NCBI GenBank assembly: GCA_035288045.1
Contig: DATEBA010000052.1
Span: 3,788 to 67,787, forward strand
Length of the DNA: 64,000 bases
Reading direction: 5' to 3'
From: Actinomycetota bacterium
GTDB lineage: Bacteria > Actinomycetota > UBA4738 > HRBIN12
Positions 45,927-55,166 of the stretch are shown piece after piece. The stretch's first letter is position 1. Each line of letters begins with the position of its first letter. Position numbers and translations under genes: made by a program. The notes under the pieces were generated by a model. That model did no database searches. It was not told the DNA's origin and saw only the letters and a program-made list of their open reading frames with translations.

Positions 45927-46691
45927 GTGGCCGGGGTCCCGGCAACCATCCGAGCGCTGGCCGCCGACACCAGGTCGGGGGCTTCGGAGATCGCGGAACG
46001 AGCCGCGGAGGCTCTCTGCGTCATCACGCCCGACGAGCTCCCGGACGCGGTCGCCGCCCTCGTCGGAGGGCACCCCTCGATGGCCCCGCTGTGGCGGCTG
46101 GCCTCGGAGGCGATGTACGCCCCGTCGCCCTCGATCGGCGCCTCACGGTTCCTCGAGGCTCTGGCCGAAGATCGACGCGGACCCCCCACCCTCGCACCCC
46201 ACCTTCCCGAGAGGATCCTCACGATCTCGTGGTCCTCGGGCGTCGCCGAGACGCTTCGACTCCGCCGACCGGAAACGGTCCTCTGCATGGTCTCCGAGCC
46301 GGGCGGCGAGGGGTCCCGCGCGATGCGATCGCTCAGCGACGTGTGCGACGCCCGGCTCGTGGACGACCTTCGGGCCATCCGAGAGGTCCGCGCCGACGCG
46401 GTCCTCGTGGGCGCCGACGCCGTGGCCCCCGACCACATCGTCAACAAGATGAAGACCCGGGCACTGTGCGAGGCGGCGTCGGGCCGAGGGATCCCGTCGT
46501 ACGCGGTCGGTGGCAGGACGAAGCTCGTCGACGTCACCTTGCCTCTCTCCGGCCCCTTCGAGCGGGTGCCGCTCGAACTCGTGTCGGCCGTCGTCGTGGG
46601 AGACGCCCTGCTCGGCCCGGTCGCGGTGCGCGCCGCGGCGGAGGCGGCTCCGCTCCACCCCGCGCTGCGCCGGCTCCTGCCCGACCGTTGA
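45927..46691 (+). CDS. eIF-2B alpha/beta/delta-like family protein (sugar-phosphate isomerase-like, short form)
   Basis: 'VLVGADAVAPDHIVNKMKTRALCEAASGRGIPSYAV' matches the IF-2B domain core. Confidence 0.5.
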   Translation: MAGVPATIRALAADTRSGASEIAERAAEALCVITPDELPDAVAALVGGHPSMAPLWRLASEAMYAPSPSIGASRFLEALAEDRRGPPTLAPHLPERILTISWSSGVAETLRLRRPETVLCMVSEPGGEGSRAMRSLSDVCDARLVDDLRAIREVRADAVLVGADAVAPDHIVNKMKTRALCEAASGRGIPSYAVGGRTKLVDVTLPLSGPFERVPLELVSAVVVGDALLGPVAVRAAAEAAPLHPALRRLLPDR

Positions 46692-46708
46692 CGCCGCTCC
46701 CCCGTACC

Positions 46709-47626
46709 ATGGGAGCGATGACCGACGACCTCCCGCCCGCTCCCCCGGCGATCACCTGCTACCGGCACCCAGAGGAGCCGACGGGCGTGCGCTGTACCCG
46801 CTGCGAGCGGCCGATCTGCCCGGCATGCATGATCCCCGCCCCGGTGGGGTACCAGTGCCCGGAGTGCGTCGCCGCCGCCCGCAAGGAGTTCCGGCTCGGA
46901 CCGGCCCGGCGCGCCCGGTCGATGGCACGGACGCCGGCCACCAGGGTGCTCCTGGCGGCGATCCTGGCCGCCTTCGTCCTGGAGATCGCGCTCGGCGGCC
47001 CGCGGGCGCTCCTGAACGGCCCGTCGGGGCAGCGCCTCTTCGATCTCGGCGGTCTATACGCGCCGGCGATCGCGTTCGACGGGCAGTACTGGCGCCTGCT
47101 CTCATCGATGTTCCTGCACGCGGGGCTCCTGCACGTAGGCTTCAACTCCTACGCGCTCTGGCTCTTCGGAAGCGCGGTCGAGGGCGTGTTCGGGCGCGCG
47201 CGCTTCCTCGCTATCTACTTCGTCACGGGACTCGTCGCCGGTGCCTCCTCGTACGCGTTCGGCGCGACGCAAGCCCTCGGCGTGGGGGCCTCAGGCGCGA
47301 TCTTCGGGGTCTTCGGCGCGTTCGTGGCCTACAACTACCGGCGGCGTCATCTCGCGCTCGCCTCGGCGAACCTCCGCTCCGCGATCACGATCGTGCTGCT
47401 GAACGTCTTCCTCGGCCTTTCGATCCCCGGGATCGACCTCCGCGCGCACATCGGGGGCTTCGTCGCGGGTCTCGCGGCAGGTGTCGTCTCCGACGAGGTC
47501 GGGCCGCTCGACCTGCGCCGACTCCTGCACTGGGGCGGGCTGCTCGCGATCGCGCTCTTGGGCGTCGGTCTCGTGATGTGGCGAACGGCCCAGCTGCGTT
47601 CGCTGCCGTTCGGCCCGGGCCTCTAG
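46709..47626 (+). CDS. Rhomboid family intramembrane serine protease with an N-terminal zinc-ribbon
   Basis: The start is trimmed to 'MGAMTDDL'. The zinc ribbon is 'CYRHPEEPTGVRCTRCERPICPAC'. The catalytic 'GASGAIFG' and 'AHIGGF' motifs are present. Confidence 0.8.
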   Translation: MGAMTDDLPPAPPAITCYRHPEEPTGVRCTRCERPICPACMIPAPVGYQCPECVAAARKEFRLGPARRARSMARTPATRVLLAAILAAFVLEIALGGPRALLNGPSGQRLFDLGGLYAPAIAFDGQYWRLLSSMFLHAGLLHVGFNSYALWLFGSAVEGVFGRARFLAIYFVTGLVAGASSYAFGATQALGVGASGAIFGVFGAFVAYNYRRRHLALASANLRSAITIVLLNVFLGLSIPGIDLRAHIGGFVAGLAAGVVSDEVGPLDLRRLLHWGGLLAIALLGVGLVMWRTAQLRSLPFGPGL

Positions 47627-47658
47627 CACGCTCACACCGAGCGCGCGTTGCGCGAGCC

Positions 47659-48111
47659 TCAGCCGGGACGGAACGGCGGCAGGCCGTCCGAGGCCTGCGA
47701 CACGACGACCGGCCCGGAGCCGGTCAGCTCGGCGATCGTCACCGCCGCGCGGTTGTAGCCGTCGCGACTCCAGGACTCGACGACGTCGGCCACCGCACCG
47801 CCGGAGTCCACGACCACGAGGGTCGGCACGACCTCGATGCCGAAGGCGTTCGAAACCGGGTAGGGGTCCACGTCGGGGAGCGCTCGGATGCCCGTCCCGT
47901 GCTCGGCGCCGAACGCCGCGATGTCGCCGGCCGCGTCCTGCCCGATCCCGGTGACGAGCCCCGGGAACGCCCGGTCGACGACCTCGATCTTGGGGGCGCT
48001 CATCTGGCACACCGGGCAGGTCACCTTGAAGAACCAAAGGACCGACGGACCGGCGACGAAGTCGACGCCCGCAACCGGGGGCGCGTGCTCGCCCACTGCG
48101 ATCGCGCTCAC
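47659..48111 (-). CDS. Thioredoxin-like redoxin (AhpC/TSA or TlpA-like thiol-disulfide oxidoreductase)
   Basis: 'VLWFFKVTCPVCQ' is a CxxC motif after beta-strand 1, at 150 aa. Confidence 0.65.
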   Translation of the reverse strand: MSAIAVGEHAPPVAGVDFVAGPSVLWFFKVTCPVCQMSAPKIEVVDRAFPGLVTGIGQDAAGDIAAFGAEHGTGIRALPDVDPYPVSNAFGIEVVPTLVVVDSGGAVADVVESWSRDGYNRAAVTIAELTGSGPVVVSQASDGLPPFRPG

Positions 48112-48125
48112 CCGCTCAGCCTATC

Positions 48126-49694
48126 TCAGGCGCTCCCGCGATCACCTATCCCGTAGAAACCCCCCGAGCGCGTGCCGACGAAGATCATCCCCTCCCAGAC
48201 CGCGGGGGTGGACTCGATGCAACCTCCGTCGATCGGAAGGCTCCATAGCTCGGGCGGCTCGCGGCGCTCGTTCGAGATGTCGTACGCGTGCAGCACCCCC
48301 CCGCAGTCGCCCTGGAGCAGAACGCCGTCCATCGGCACCGGCGACGACCACGTGGGGCCCGGAAGGTGTAACTGCCACCTGACCTTCCCGCTGCCACGGT
48401 CGACGCCGAGGAGGTCGCCGTAGTTCGTAGAGGCGTACACCATGTCGCCGTAGACCGCCGGGGTCGACCAGAGCCCGCCGAGGCCGTCGCCGCCCCGCTC
48501 GGTCACGGGAACCGACCAGACGAGCGGGCGCTCGGGGTCACGCGGGTCGAGCTTCATGAGCTGGCCGACGGCCTCGGCCCGCGCGTTGAAGCGCTGCAGC
48601 TCGCTCGCGACGTACAGGAACCCCTCCTCGTCGATCACGACCGTCGCGTCGGTGTCGTCGCCGGTCCAGAACCGGAACACGCGCCGGGCGTCTTTCCCAC
48701 CGGAGAGCACGTCGGAGACGTCCCAGCCCTGCACGAGCCCGCCCGAATTCGCGAAATACGCGACGCCGTCGTGGAAAGCGACCGAGCTCTCGATCGACAC
48801 GTCGCCATCGGGAAGCGCGGCTAGCAGCTCCTGGTCGTAGCCCGGCTCGGTCACGACGATCTCCGGATCCACGGTCACCTTGCCGTCCTCGTCGTAGCCC
48901 CTGTTCAGCCCGATCACGTAGAACCACGAGTTCTCGCCGCCCTCCATGAGGTGGTCATCGACGACGAGCGGCGCACCGTCCCAGTCGTTGTTCCAGAGAC
49001 CGCCGCCGGGAACGCTCGTGTCCGCGTTCACCGACCAGAGCACCTTCGGCTTCCTCCGGTCGAGCGCGACCACGCGGAGCAGGTTGTCACGAGAGCCGGC
49101 GTAGTAGAGCGGGTAGCCGTCGGGGTCCGAGGTCGCCGACCCCTTTGCGAGGTCGCCGGTCACTAGGTCGGGTCGGAGCGGCTCCCCGGTCCTTCCGTCG
49201 AGGAAGTGATAGCGCCCGTCGTAGGCGCCGATCCGGACCTCTATCGTTCCGTCCTCGTGCTCGATCACGTTCGGCTGGCCCGTCCACCCCGTACCGCACC
49301 AGGTCGTCGTCTCGCCGAACGCGGTGGACTGCATGCACAGCCCACCGGACCCCGGGTACCTCCACAGGACCGTGGGGTGCATCGGGACCGGACCCTCGCC
49401 GTAGTAGCTCCTGGTGGCGTTCCCGCGGAAGGTCGAGAGGCCCGGGAAGCTCGTGTTGATCGGTCCGGCCGTTTCCACCGTCGGCTCGAGCGATGTCGGC
49501 GACGCCGACGGAGACGCCGACGGGTCGGTGGCCAGCGTCGGCGACGGGGATGGCCCAACGGCACGCGAGGCCCCGTCCCTGGAAAGGAGCAGCCTCCACC
49601 CGGCGGCCGCGACGACGAGTGACGCCAGGGAAAGGACGAGAAGTCCGAAGGGGAACCTCTGGCGGAGGGCTTGGCGTACGCGCGCGCGCGTCAT
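48126..49694 (-). CDS. Membrane-anchored PQQ-like beta-propeller repeat protein
   Basis: The start is trimmed to 'MTRARVRQALRQRFPFGLLVLSLASLVVAAAGW', which is a transmembrane anchor. It is followed by an S/P-rich linker and then repeated PQQ-type blades such as 'GKVRWQ' and 'VLHAYD'. Confidence 0.6.
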   Translation of the reverse strand: MTRARVRQALRQRFPFGLLVLSLASLVVAAAGWRLLLSRDGASRAVGPSPSPTLATDPSASPSASPTSLEPTVETAGPINTSFPGLSTFRGNATRSYYGEGPVPMHPTVLWRYPGSGGLCMQSTAFGETTTWCGTGWTGQPNVIEHEDGTIEVRIGAYDGRYHFLDGRTGEPLRPDLVTGDLAKGSATSDPDGYPLYYAGSRDNLLRVVALDRRKPKVLWSVNADTSVPGGGLWNNDWDGAPLVVDDHLMEGGENSWFYVIGLNRGYDEDGKVTVDPEIVVTEPGYDQELLAALPDGDVSIESSVAFHDGVAYFANSGGLVQGWDVSDVLSGGKDARRVFRFWTGDDTDATVVIDEEGFLYVASELQRFNARAEAVGQLMKLDPRDPERPLVWSVPVTERGGDGLGGLWSTPAVYGDMVYASTNYGDLLGVDRGSGKVRWQLHLPGPTWSSPVPMDGVLLQGDCGGVLHAYDISNERREPPELWSLPIDGGCIESTPAVWEGMIFVGTRSGGFYGIGDRGSA

Positions 49695-49731
49695 AGCCGG
49701 GAATCCTAGCGACCGGCGGGGCGGGCCGGGC

Positions 49732-50553
49732 TCAGACCGCTCGCGTGTTCGCCGGGTAGCTCCCCAGTACGCGGAGCAGCGAGGTGTGCGCGCGGACCTC
49801 CTCCAGAGCGGCCTGAACGTCCCGATCCTCGGCCGCGCGCTCCACGTCGACGTAGAAGACGTACTCGAACGGGGCGCCACGTCTCGGCCGCGACTCGAGC
49901 TTGTTGAGGTTGATCCCGCGATCGGCGAAGGGCTGGAGCGACGCCAGGAGCGAGCCGGGCTCGTCGTGCACCGCCATCACCAAAGAGGTCTTGTTCGGCG
50001 CTCCGAGACCCGCGTCCTTCGTCCCTATCACGGCGAACTTGGTGAAGTTGTCAGGATGGGTCTGGATGTGCTCGGCGAGGATGATCAGCCCGAGGCGCTG
50101 GCCGGCCTCGACGCTCGCCACCGCGGCCTCCTCGGCATCGCCCCGCTCGGCGACCATGCGGGCGGCGGCCGCGGTGTCGTGAACCGGATGCATCTCGACG
50201 TGGAGCGCCGCGAGGAACTCCTCGCTCTGGGCCAGGGCCTGCCAGTGGGAGTACACGCGCTTGATCGCCTCGAGCCGCGCCCCCGGGGGTGCCAGGAGCG
50301 CGTGATCGACGCGGACGAGCGCCTCGCCGACGATCCGGATCAAGCTGCTCCGCAGCAGGAGGTCGTACGTCTCGTTCACCGAGCCGGCCTGAGAGTTCTC
50401 GAGCGGGACGACCCCGAAGTCGGTCTCGCCGCTGGTCACCCGGGAGAAGACGAGCCGGACCGTCTCGCAGGGCATCGCCTCTGGGTCGGCGAACACCGCT
50501 CCGACCGCCCGCTCGCTGTAGGCCCCCGGTTCTCCCTGGTAGGCCACCTTCAT
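49732..50553 (-). CDS. pheA: Prephenate dehydratase (PDT catalytic plus ACT regulatory domain)
   Basis: The start is trimmed to 'MKVAYQGEPGAYSE'. 'TKFAVIG' is present, and the ACT domain has 'ESRPRRGAPFEYVFYVD'. Confidence 0.85.
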   Translation of the reverse strand: MKVAYQGEPGAYSERAVGAVFADPEAMPCETVRLVFSRVTSGETDFGVVPLENSQAGSVNETYDLLLRSSLIRIVGEALVRVDHALLAPPGARLEAIKRVYSHWQALAQSEEFLAALHVEMHPVHDTAAAARMVAERGDAEEAAVASVEAGQRLGLIILAEHIQTHPDNFTKFAVIGTKDAGLGAPNKTSLVMAVHDEPGSLLASLQPFADRGINLNKLESRPRRGAPFEYVFYVDVERAAEDRDVQAALEEVRAHTSLLRVLGSYPANTRAV

Positions 50554-50714
50554 GGCGGGGAGCCTAGCAGCGGGACGCATCGCGGAAGACCTAGGCCCGA
50601 GGGCCGAACGGCGGTCCCCCTTCGCCGGATGCTCGCTCTCCCCTTCTCGCGTACCCTCTGCTAACGTAGCGGCTCCGGCGCAGGTCGGCGCCATCGGAAC
50701 CGCGAAAGAGGAGC

Positions 50715-52346
50715 ATGTCGAGCCGCCCGACCCCCGAGACCGAAGGCACCGTCGACCTCCGGCAGTACATCGCCGTGATCCGCCGGAACCGGCGGCTGAT
50801 CGCTGCGGTCGCGGTCGGCTGCGTGGCTCTGGCCGCGCTGTACACCTTCATCCGGACACCGATCTACACGTCGAAGGCGAAGATCCTCCTTTCGCCCACC
50901 CTCGTGAACTCGACCGGCGTGGTGGATCTCGAGAAGAGCATCGACGCCAACACCGAGCGCGAGATCGCCCTGTCGAGCTCGGTGGCGATCCTGGCCCGCA
51001 ACACCCTGGAGAGCGAGGAATCCGTGCAGGATCTCGTCTCCCACGTGAGCGCCGACGCGCCGCAGGACTCCCGAACGCTGGAGATCGCCTTCTCCCACCC
51101 CGGCCCGAAGGCCGCCAGGGACGGGGCCTTGGCCTTCGCCAACGCGTACCTCAAGTACAAACGGGATCAAGCCCTGGCCGACATCCAGGATCAGATCGAC
51201 CCCCTGATCGAACAGATAAGCGAATACAAGGCCTACCGCTTGGAACTCACGGAGACGATCCGTTCCGAGAGACCGGGCTCGATCCCCGTCCAGCAAGCGG
51301 TCAACGACAAGCAGGAGGCGCAGGCCCAGATCGACTACCTGAACGGGCAGATAGCGGGCCTACAGGCCCTTACCACGAGCGGCGGAACCCTCATCGGGGT
51401 CCCCGCCGTTCCGCTTTCCCCGAGCAGCCCCAACCACCCGCTCGACGTCGGCCTCGGCCTGTTCTTCGGTGTCTTCCTCGGCTTCGGCCTCGCGTTCTTC
51501 CGCACGCGCGCCGACGCCCGCCTCCACGAGCGCCTGGAGCTGGAGCAGGTAGTGGGCGCGCCGGTGCTGGCGGTAGTGCCGAAGGACATCGAGTGGACCC
51601 ACAGGACGGCGCCGCGGCTGGTGACGGTGCAGGACCCGCGGGGACCGACCGCCGAGGCGTTCCGCACGCTTCGCCCGACGCTCCTCGTGTCGGCGGCACA
51701 GCAGAACGTTAAGGTCATCATCATCGCGTCGCCGACGGCCGGCGAGGGCAAGACGACGACGGCGGCGAACCTCGGCGTGGTGATGGCCCAGGCCGACCGG
51801 CGCACGATGATCGTTTCGGCCGACCTGCGCAAGCCGCGGATCCACGAGTTCTTCGGGCTGCCCAACGAACGAGGGCTCTCCGACGTGCTCACGGGCAAGC
51901 TCTCGCCGATGGACGCGCTGCGACGCTCCGGGGTCGAGAACCTCTGGCTCATGCCGAGCGGGCCGATCCCCGCTCAGCCGGCGGAGCTCCTCCAGTCGAT
52001 CGCCATGAAGGAGCTGCTCGCCGAGCAGCGGGGACTCGTCGATTTCATCCTGCTGGACTGCCCACCGATCCTGGCGGTGGCCGACACCCTCGGCCTGGCC
52101 GCTTATGCCGACGGCGTCTTGCTCGTCGCCAACGCCGGATCCACGACCATCGACGCGGCAGAGCAGGCGCGCGAGCGGCTGCACCAGGTCGGGGCGAGTA
52201 TGCTCGGCTGCGTCCTGAACGACCTCGACCTGAGCACGACCACCTCTTACTACGGATACGGATACGGCGAGGACGTCGCCGCACCTGAGCCGAACGGCAA
52301 AAAGCGCCGGGAGGTCTCGCCACGGCGCGGGCAGACCTCGAGCTGA
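50715..52346 (+). CDS. Polysaccharide co-polymerase / tyrosine autokinase (Wzc/BY-kinase-like, with Wzz domain and P-loop ATPase)
   Basis: There are two transmembrane helices flanking a periplasmic coiled-coil domain. The Walker A motif is 'ASPTAGEGKTTTAANL'. The C-terminal 'SYYGYGYG' is a tyrosine cluster. Confidence 0.8.
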   Translation: MSSRPTPETEGTVDLRQYIAVIRRNRRLIAAVAVGCVALAALYTFIRTPIYTSKAKILLSPTLVNSTGVVDLEKSIDANTEREIALSSSVAILARNTLESEESVQDLVSHVSADAPQDSRTLEIAFSHPGPKAARDGALAFANAYLKYKRDQALADIQDQIDPLIEQISEYKAYRLELTETIRSERPGSIPVQQAVNDKQEAQAQIDYLNGQIAGLQALTTSGGTLIGVPAVPLSPSSPNHPLDVGLGLFFGVFLGFGLAFFRTRADARLHERLELEQVVGAPVLAVVPKDIEWTHRTAPRLVTVQDPRGPTAEAFRTLRPTLLVSAAQQNVKVIIIASPTAGEGKTTTAANLGVVMAQADRRTMIVSADLRKPRIHEFFGLPNERGLSDVLTGKLSPMDALRRSGVENLWLMPSGPIPAQPAELLQSIAMKELLAEQRGLVDFILLDCPPILAVADTLGLAAYADGVLLVANAGSTTIDAAEQARERLHQVGASMLGCVLNDLDLSTTTSYYGYGYGEDVAAPEPNGKKRREVSPRRGQTSS

Positions 52347-52474
52347 ACGGCCGGCGGCGGACGCTGGCCGCCGGCGATCGTCGGCGCCGGCGCCTCCCCC
52401 GCCCCCCTCGCGCCGTCCTCCGGGCCCTCCTCGCGACGGCCGTCCTGGTCGGCGCGCTCCTCGGTCTTTCATTC

Positions 52475-54346
52475 GTGAGCGCGCTCTCGGTCCGCGGTCA
52501 TCTCCAGGACGCGCGAGCGGCGATGAACGCGGGGAAGCGCCAGCTGCTCGCGGGGGACGCAGCGGCCGCATCGCGGAGCTTCGAGGACGCGACCGCCGCC
52601 TTCGTCCGCGCGGCCGACGGTGCGGAGAGCCCGTGGATGCGCGTCGTTGGGTGGCTCCCGCTCGTGGGGCGGACGCCGGACACAATCACCTCCATCGCCT
52701 ACGCCGGCGAGGAGACGGCCGGCGCGGGGCGTACCCTGGCCGATGCGGTGGCAGACCTCCCCGGCGGCCTCGGCTCGTTGGCGCCCTCCGGGGGAAGGTT
52801 CCCGATCGAGCGGATAGCGAGCCTCGCCGGCGCAGTCGACCGGGCCGCGGCGCTCGTGAGCCGCGCGCACGCGCGTGTCGCGGCGAGTCCTGGGGAGATG
52901 CTCCCGGGCGTCGTCGACGACGCGAGGTGGGAGGCGGAGACCCAACTTCGGTCCTTGTCGACCTCCCTCGGGGCGGCCGCGCGGGTGCTCGAGGGGCTCC
53001 CGGGCTTCCTCGGTGCGGACGCCCGACGCCGGTACTTCTTCGGCGCGCAGAACCCGGCCGAGATCCGCGGGACCGGGGGTCTCATAGGCGCCTACTCGAT
53101 ACTGACGGTCGAGGACGGCCGGTTCGAGTTCTCCGACTTCCACCCGATCCAGGAGCTACCCCTGCTCGGCACGGAGAAGGTCGAGCCACCGAGCGCCGAC
53201 TACGCGAGGAACTACGACTACTACCGGTCGGGCGACGGGTTCTGGCTGAACGCCAACATGACGCCGGACTTCCCCTCGGCCGCCGAGGCCTTGGAGCTCT
53301 CCTACGAGGCGGCCACCGGCGACGAGCTCGACGGCGTGATCGCGGCGGACCCGTTCGCGCTCGAGGCGCTGCTGCAGATCACCGGCCCGACCGAGGTACC
53401 CGAGCTCGGCCTCGAGGTGGGGGCCGGGGACGTGGTGGCGTTCACGACGAACGAGGCCTACGCGAAGTTCACCGACGCGCCCACGCGCAAGCTTGTCCTC
53501 GGGGCGGTGGCCTCGGGCGTGTTCGACCGGTTCCTGCACATCCCCGACCCCTCGCTCCGGCAGCTGCGTGTGCTCGCCGACGCGGCCGCCGGCGGTCACA
53601 TAAGCATCTTCGCCGACGACCCGGAGCTGCAGGAGGGACTCGCCGCGACCGGCGTCGGAGGCGCGCTCCCCAAACCTACCGGTGACTTCCTCTCCGTGAT
53701 CCAGAACAACGGCTCGGCGAGCAAGGTCGATTTCTACCTCGAGCGCACGCTCACCCACCACGTCCGACTCGAGGGGGACGCCACGGTCACCGCGACGACG
53801 GCGATCACCTTCCGGAACGACGCCCCCGACCGCGGCATGCCGCGCTACGTGATCGGGCCGTTCCACGGGATCTCCGAGGCCGGGGAGAACATCCCTCTCG
53901 TCAACCTGTACTGCGGCGTGAACTGCACGCTGGCCGAGGCCGAGCGCGACGGGGAGCAGGTGGACCTCGCGCGGGGTACCGAGCTCGGCCTGACCTACTA
54001 CCGCGACTACTTCGACATCCCGAGCGGCCGCTCCGCCGAGCTACTGGTGGAGACCTCCACCCCCGATGCGTGGGAGGGGAACAGCTCGGGGGGCACCTAC
54101 CACCTCACGTTCCTCAACCAGACGACGATCCGGCCGACGCGGGTGCGGATCGAGATCGAGCTGCCGGAGGGCATGCGGGTCGCCCAGATGAGCGCGGATC
54201 TCCGCGCGGAGGGGGACACGCTGGTCTTCGAGGGGATCCCCCCGCGGCTCCTCGAGCTACAGGTGCGGTTCCGCCCCCCGTTCCTGCTCCGGATGTTGCG
54301 GAACGTGACGCGGTTCCTATCGGAGCCGGTGGTGCGGGTGGGCTAG
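52475..54346 (+). CDS. DUF4012 domain protein. Its N-terminus is uncertain.
   Basis: The size is 623 aa. The in-frame upstream 129 nt encode an Arg-rich plus transmembrane segment ('RRRRTLAAGDRRRRRLPRPP...LLATAVLVGALLGLSF') but contain no ATG/GTG/TTG, only CTG. Confidence 0.6.
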   Translation: MSALSVRGHLQDARAAMNAGKRQLLAGDAAAASRSFEDATAAFVRAADGAESPWMRVVGWLPLVGRTPDTITSIAYAGEETAGAGRTLADAVADLPGGLGSLAPSGGRFPIERIASLAGAVDRAAALVSRAHARVAASPGEMLPGVVDDARWEAETQLRSLSTSLGAAARVLEGLPGFLGADARRRYFFGAQNPAEIRGTGGLIGAYSILTVEDGRFEFSDFHPIQELPLLGTEKVEPPSADYARNYDYYRSGDGFWLNANMTPDFPSAAEALELSYEAATGDELDGVIAADPFALEALLQITGPTEVPELGLEVGAGDVVAFTTNEAYAKFTDAPTRKLVLGAVASGVFDRFLHIPDPSLRQLRVLADAAAGGHISIFADDPELQEGLAATGVGGALPKPTGDFLSVIQNNGSASKVDFYLERTLTHHVRLEGDATVTATTAITFRNDAPDRGMPRYVIGPFHGISEAGENIPLVNLYCGVNCTLAEAERDGEQVDLARGTELGLTYYRDYFDIPSGRSAELLVETSTPDAWEGNSSGGTYHLTFLNQTTIRPTRVRIEIELPEGMRVAQMSADLRAEGDTLVFEGIPPRLLELQVRFRPPFLLRMLRNVTRFLSEPVVRVG

Positions 54347-54352
54347 AACGCA

Positions 54353-54380
54353 GGAGCCCCCGCCCGAGGGCGGGGGCTCC
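54353..54380. terminator. Strong GC-rich hairpin between convergent genes (candidate bidirectional terminator)
   Basis: 'ggagcccccgccc' (54353-54365) pairs perfectly with 'gggcgggggctcc' (54368-54380). It lies between the DUF4012 stop (54346) and the stop of the small minus-strand gene (54394). Confidence 0.45.
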
Positions 54381-54393
54381 GACGAACGATTTC

Positions 54394-54636
54394 CTATCGG
54401 GTCGCGGACGCCTTGCGCCTGCTGGCGAGAAGTGCCGTAACGCCCACGACCACGAGGACCGCGAGGATCGCGACCCCGAGCGAGATGTTCGCGCCGGTGA
54501 AGGCGGAACCCCCGCCGGCGTGCTTCACGTCGGTCGGTGGCGGGTCCGAGAACGGGTACTCCGCGAGCGCCGGGGCCGCAACGGCGAGGCAGAAGACCGC
54601 CGCCGCCGAAAGAGCTATCCCGAGCCGCTTCATCAA
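54394..54636 (-). CDS. Tiny secreted protein (80 aa) with an N-terminal signal peptide and a C-terminal sortase-like sorting signal
   Basis: The signal peptide is 'MMKRLGIALSAAAVFCLAVAAPALA'. The C-terminus is '...GGGSAFTGANISLGVAILAVLVVVGVTALLASRRKASATR'. This has 'SAFTG', which is near the LAxTG motif, followed by a transmembrane helix and a basic tail. Confidence 0.45.
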   Translation of the reverse strand: MMKRLGIALSAAAVFCLAVAAPALAEYPFSDPPPTDVKHAGGGSAFTGANISLGVAILAVLVVVGVTALLASRRKASATR

Positions 54637-55166
54637 CGCCCCTTTCGATCCTTGTCCGTCGGCTTACCTACGTCGACACCGAAGTCTAGGCGGTGGGCGC
54701 CGGATGGACAAGGGACGAACGCCTCTGGTCGCACGGTCCATATCGACGAACCAAGGTCCTAGGCCACCGGGTCCCGCCGTGCCCCACGAGGTGGAAGGAT
54801 CCTTGCGCCTCGCAAACGACGATCCCGGGGCGAGCGCTTCCACTCCCTCCACATACCGCATCCTCTGTACCCCGAGGCGTCCTTCGCCCCCCGTCGCGCT
54901 CCCCGCCGGGGGACGCCGTCCGGCAAGGGGTTCGCGTAGACGGGCGACCCGACCTGGCCCGGACTGCTCACCTTTCTCCTCAAGTCTGCGGTAGTCCCTG
55001 CCGATAGGCGGGGGAGCACAGAGAGATGCGCCTGCGAAAGGCAAACCCGCCGGGGGGGCGGGGCCGCAAAGCTCCGGGCCCAGACCGGTGGCCGAGCCGC
55101 TGAGCAGGGATCGCGAGGCATCCGCCTCCGCCCCGCTCGCAGAGCCGCGGGGAAAGGAGGTTCGCG

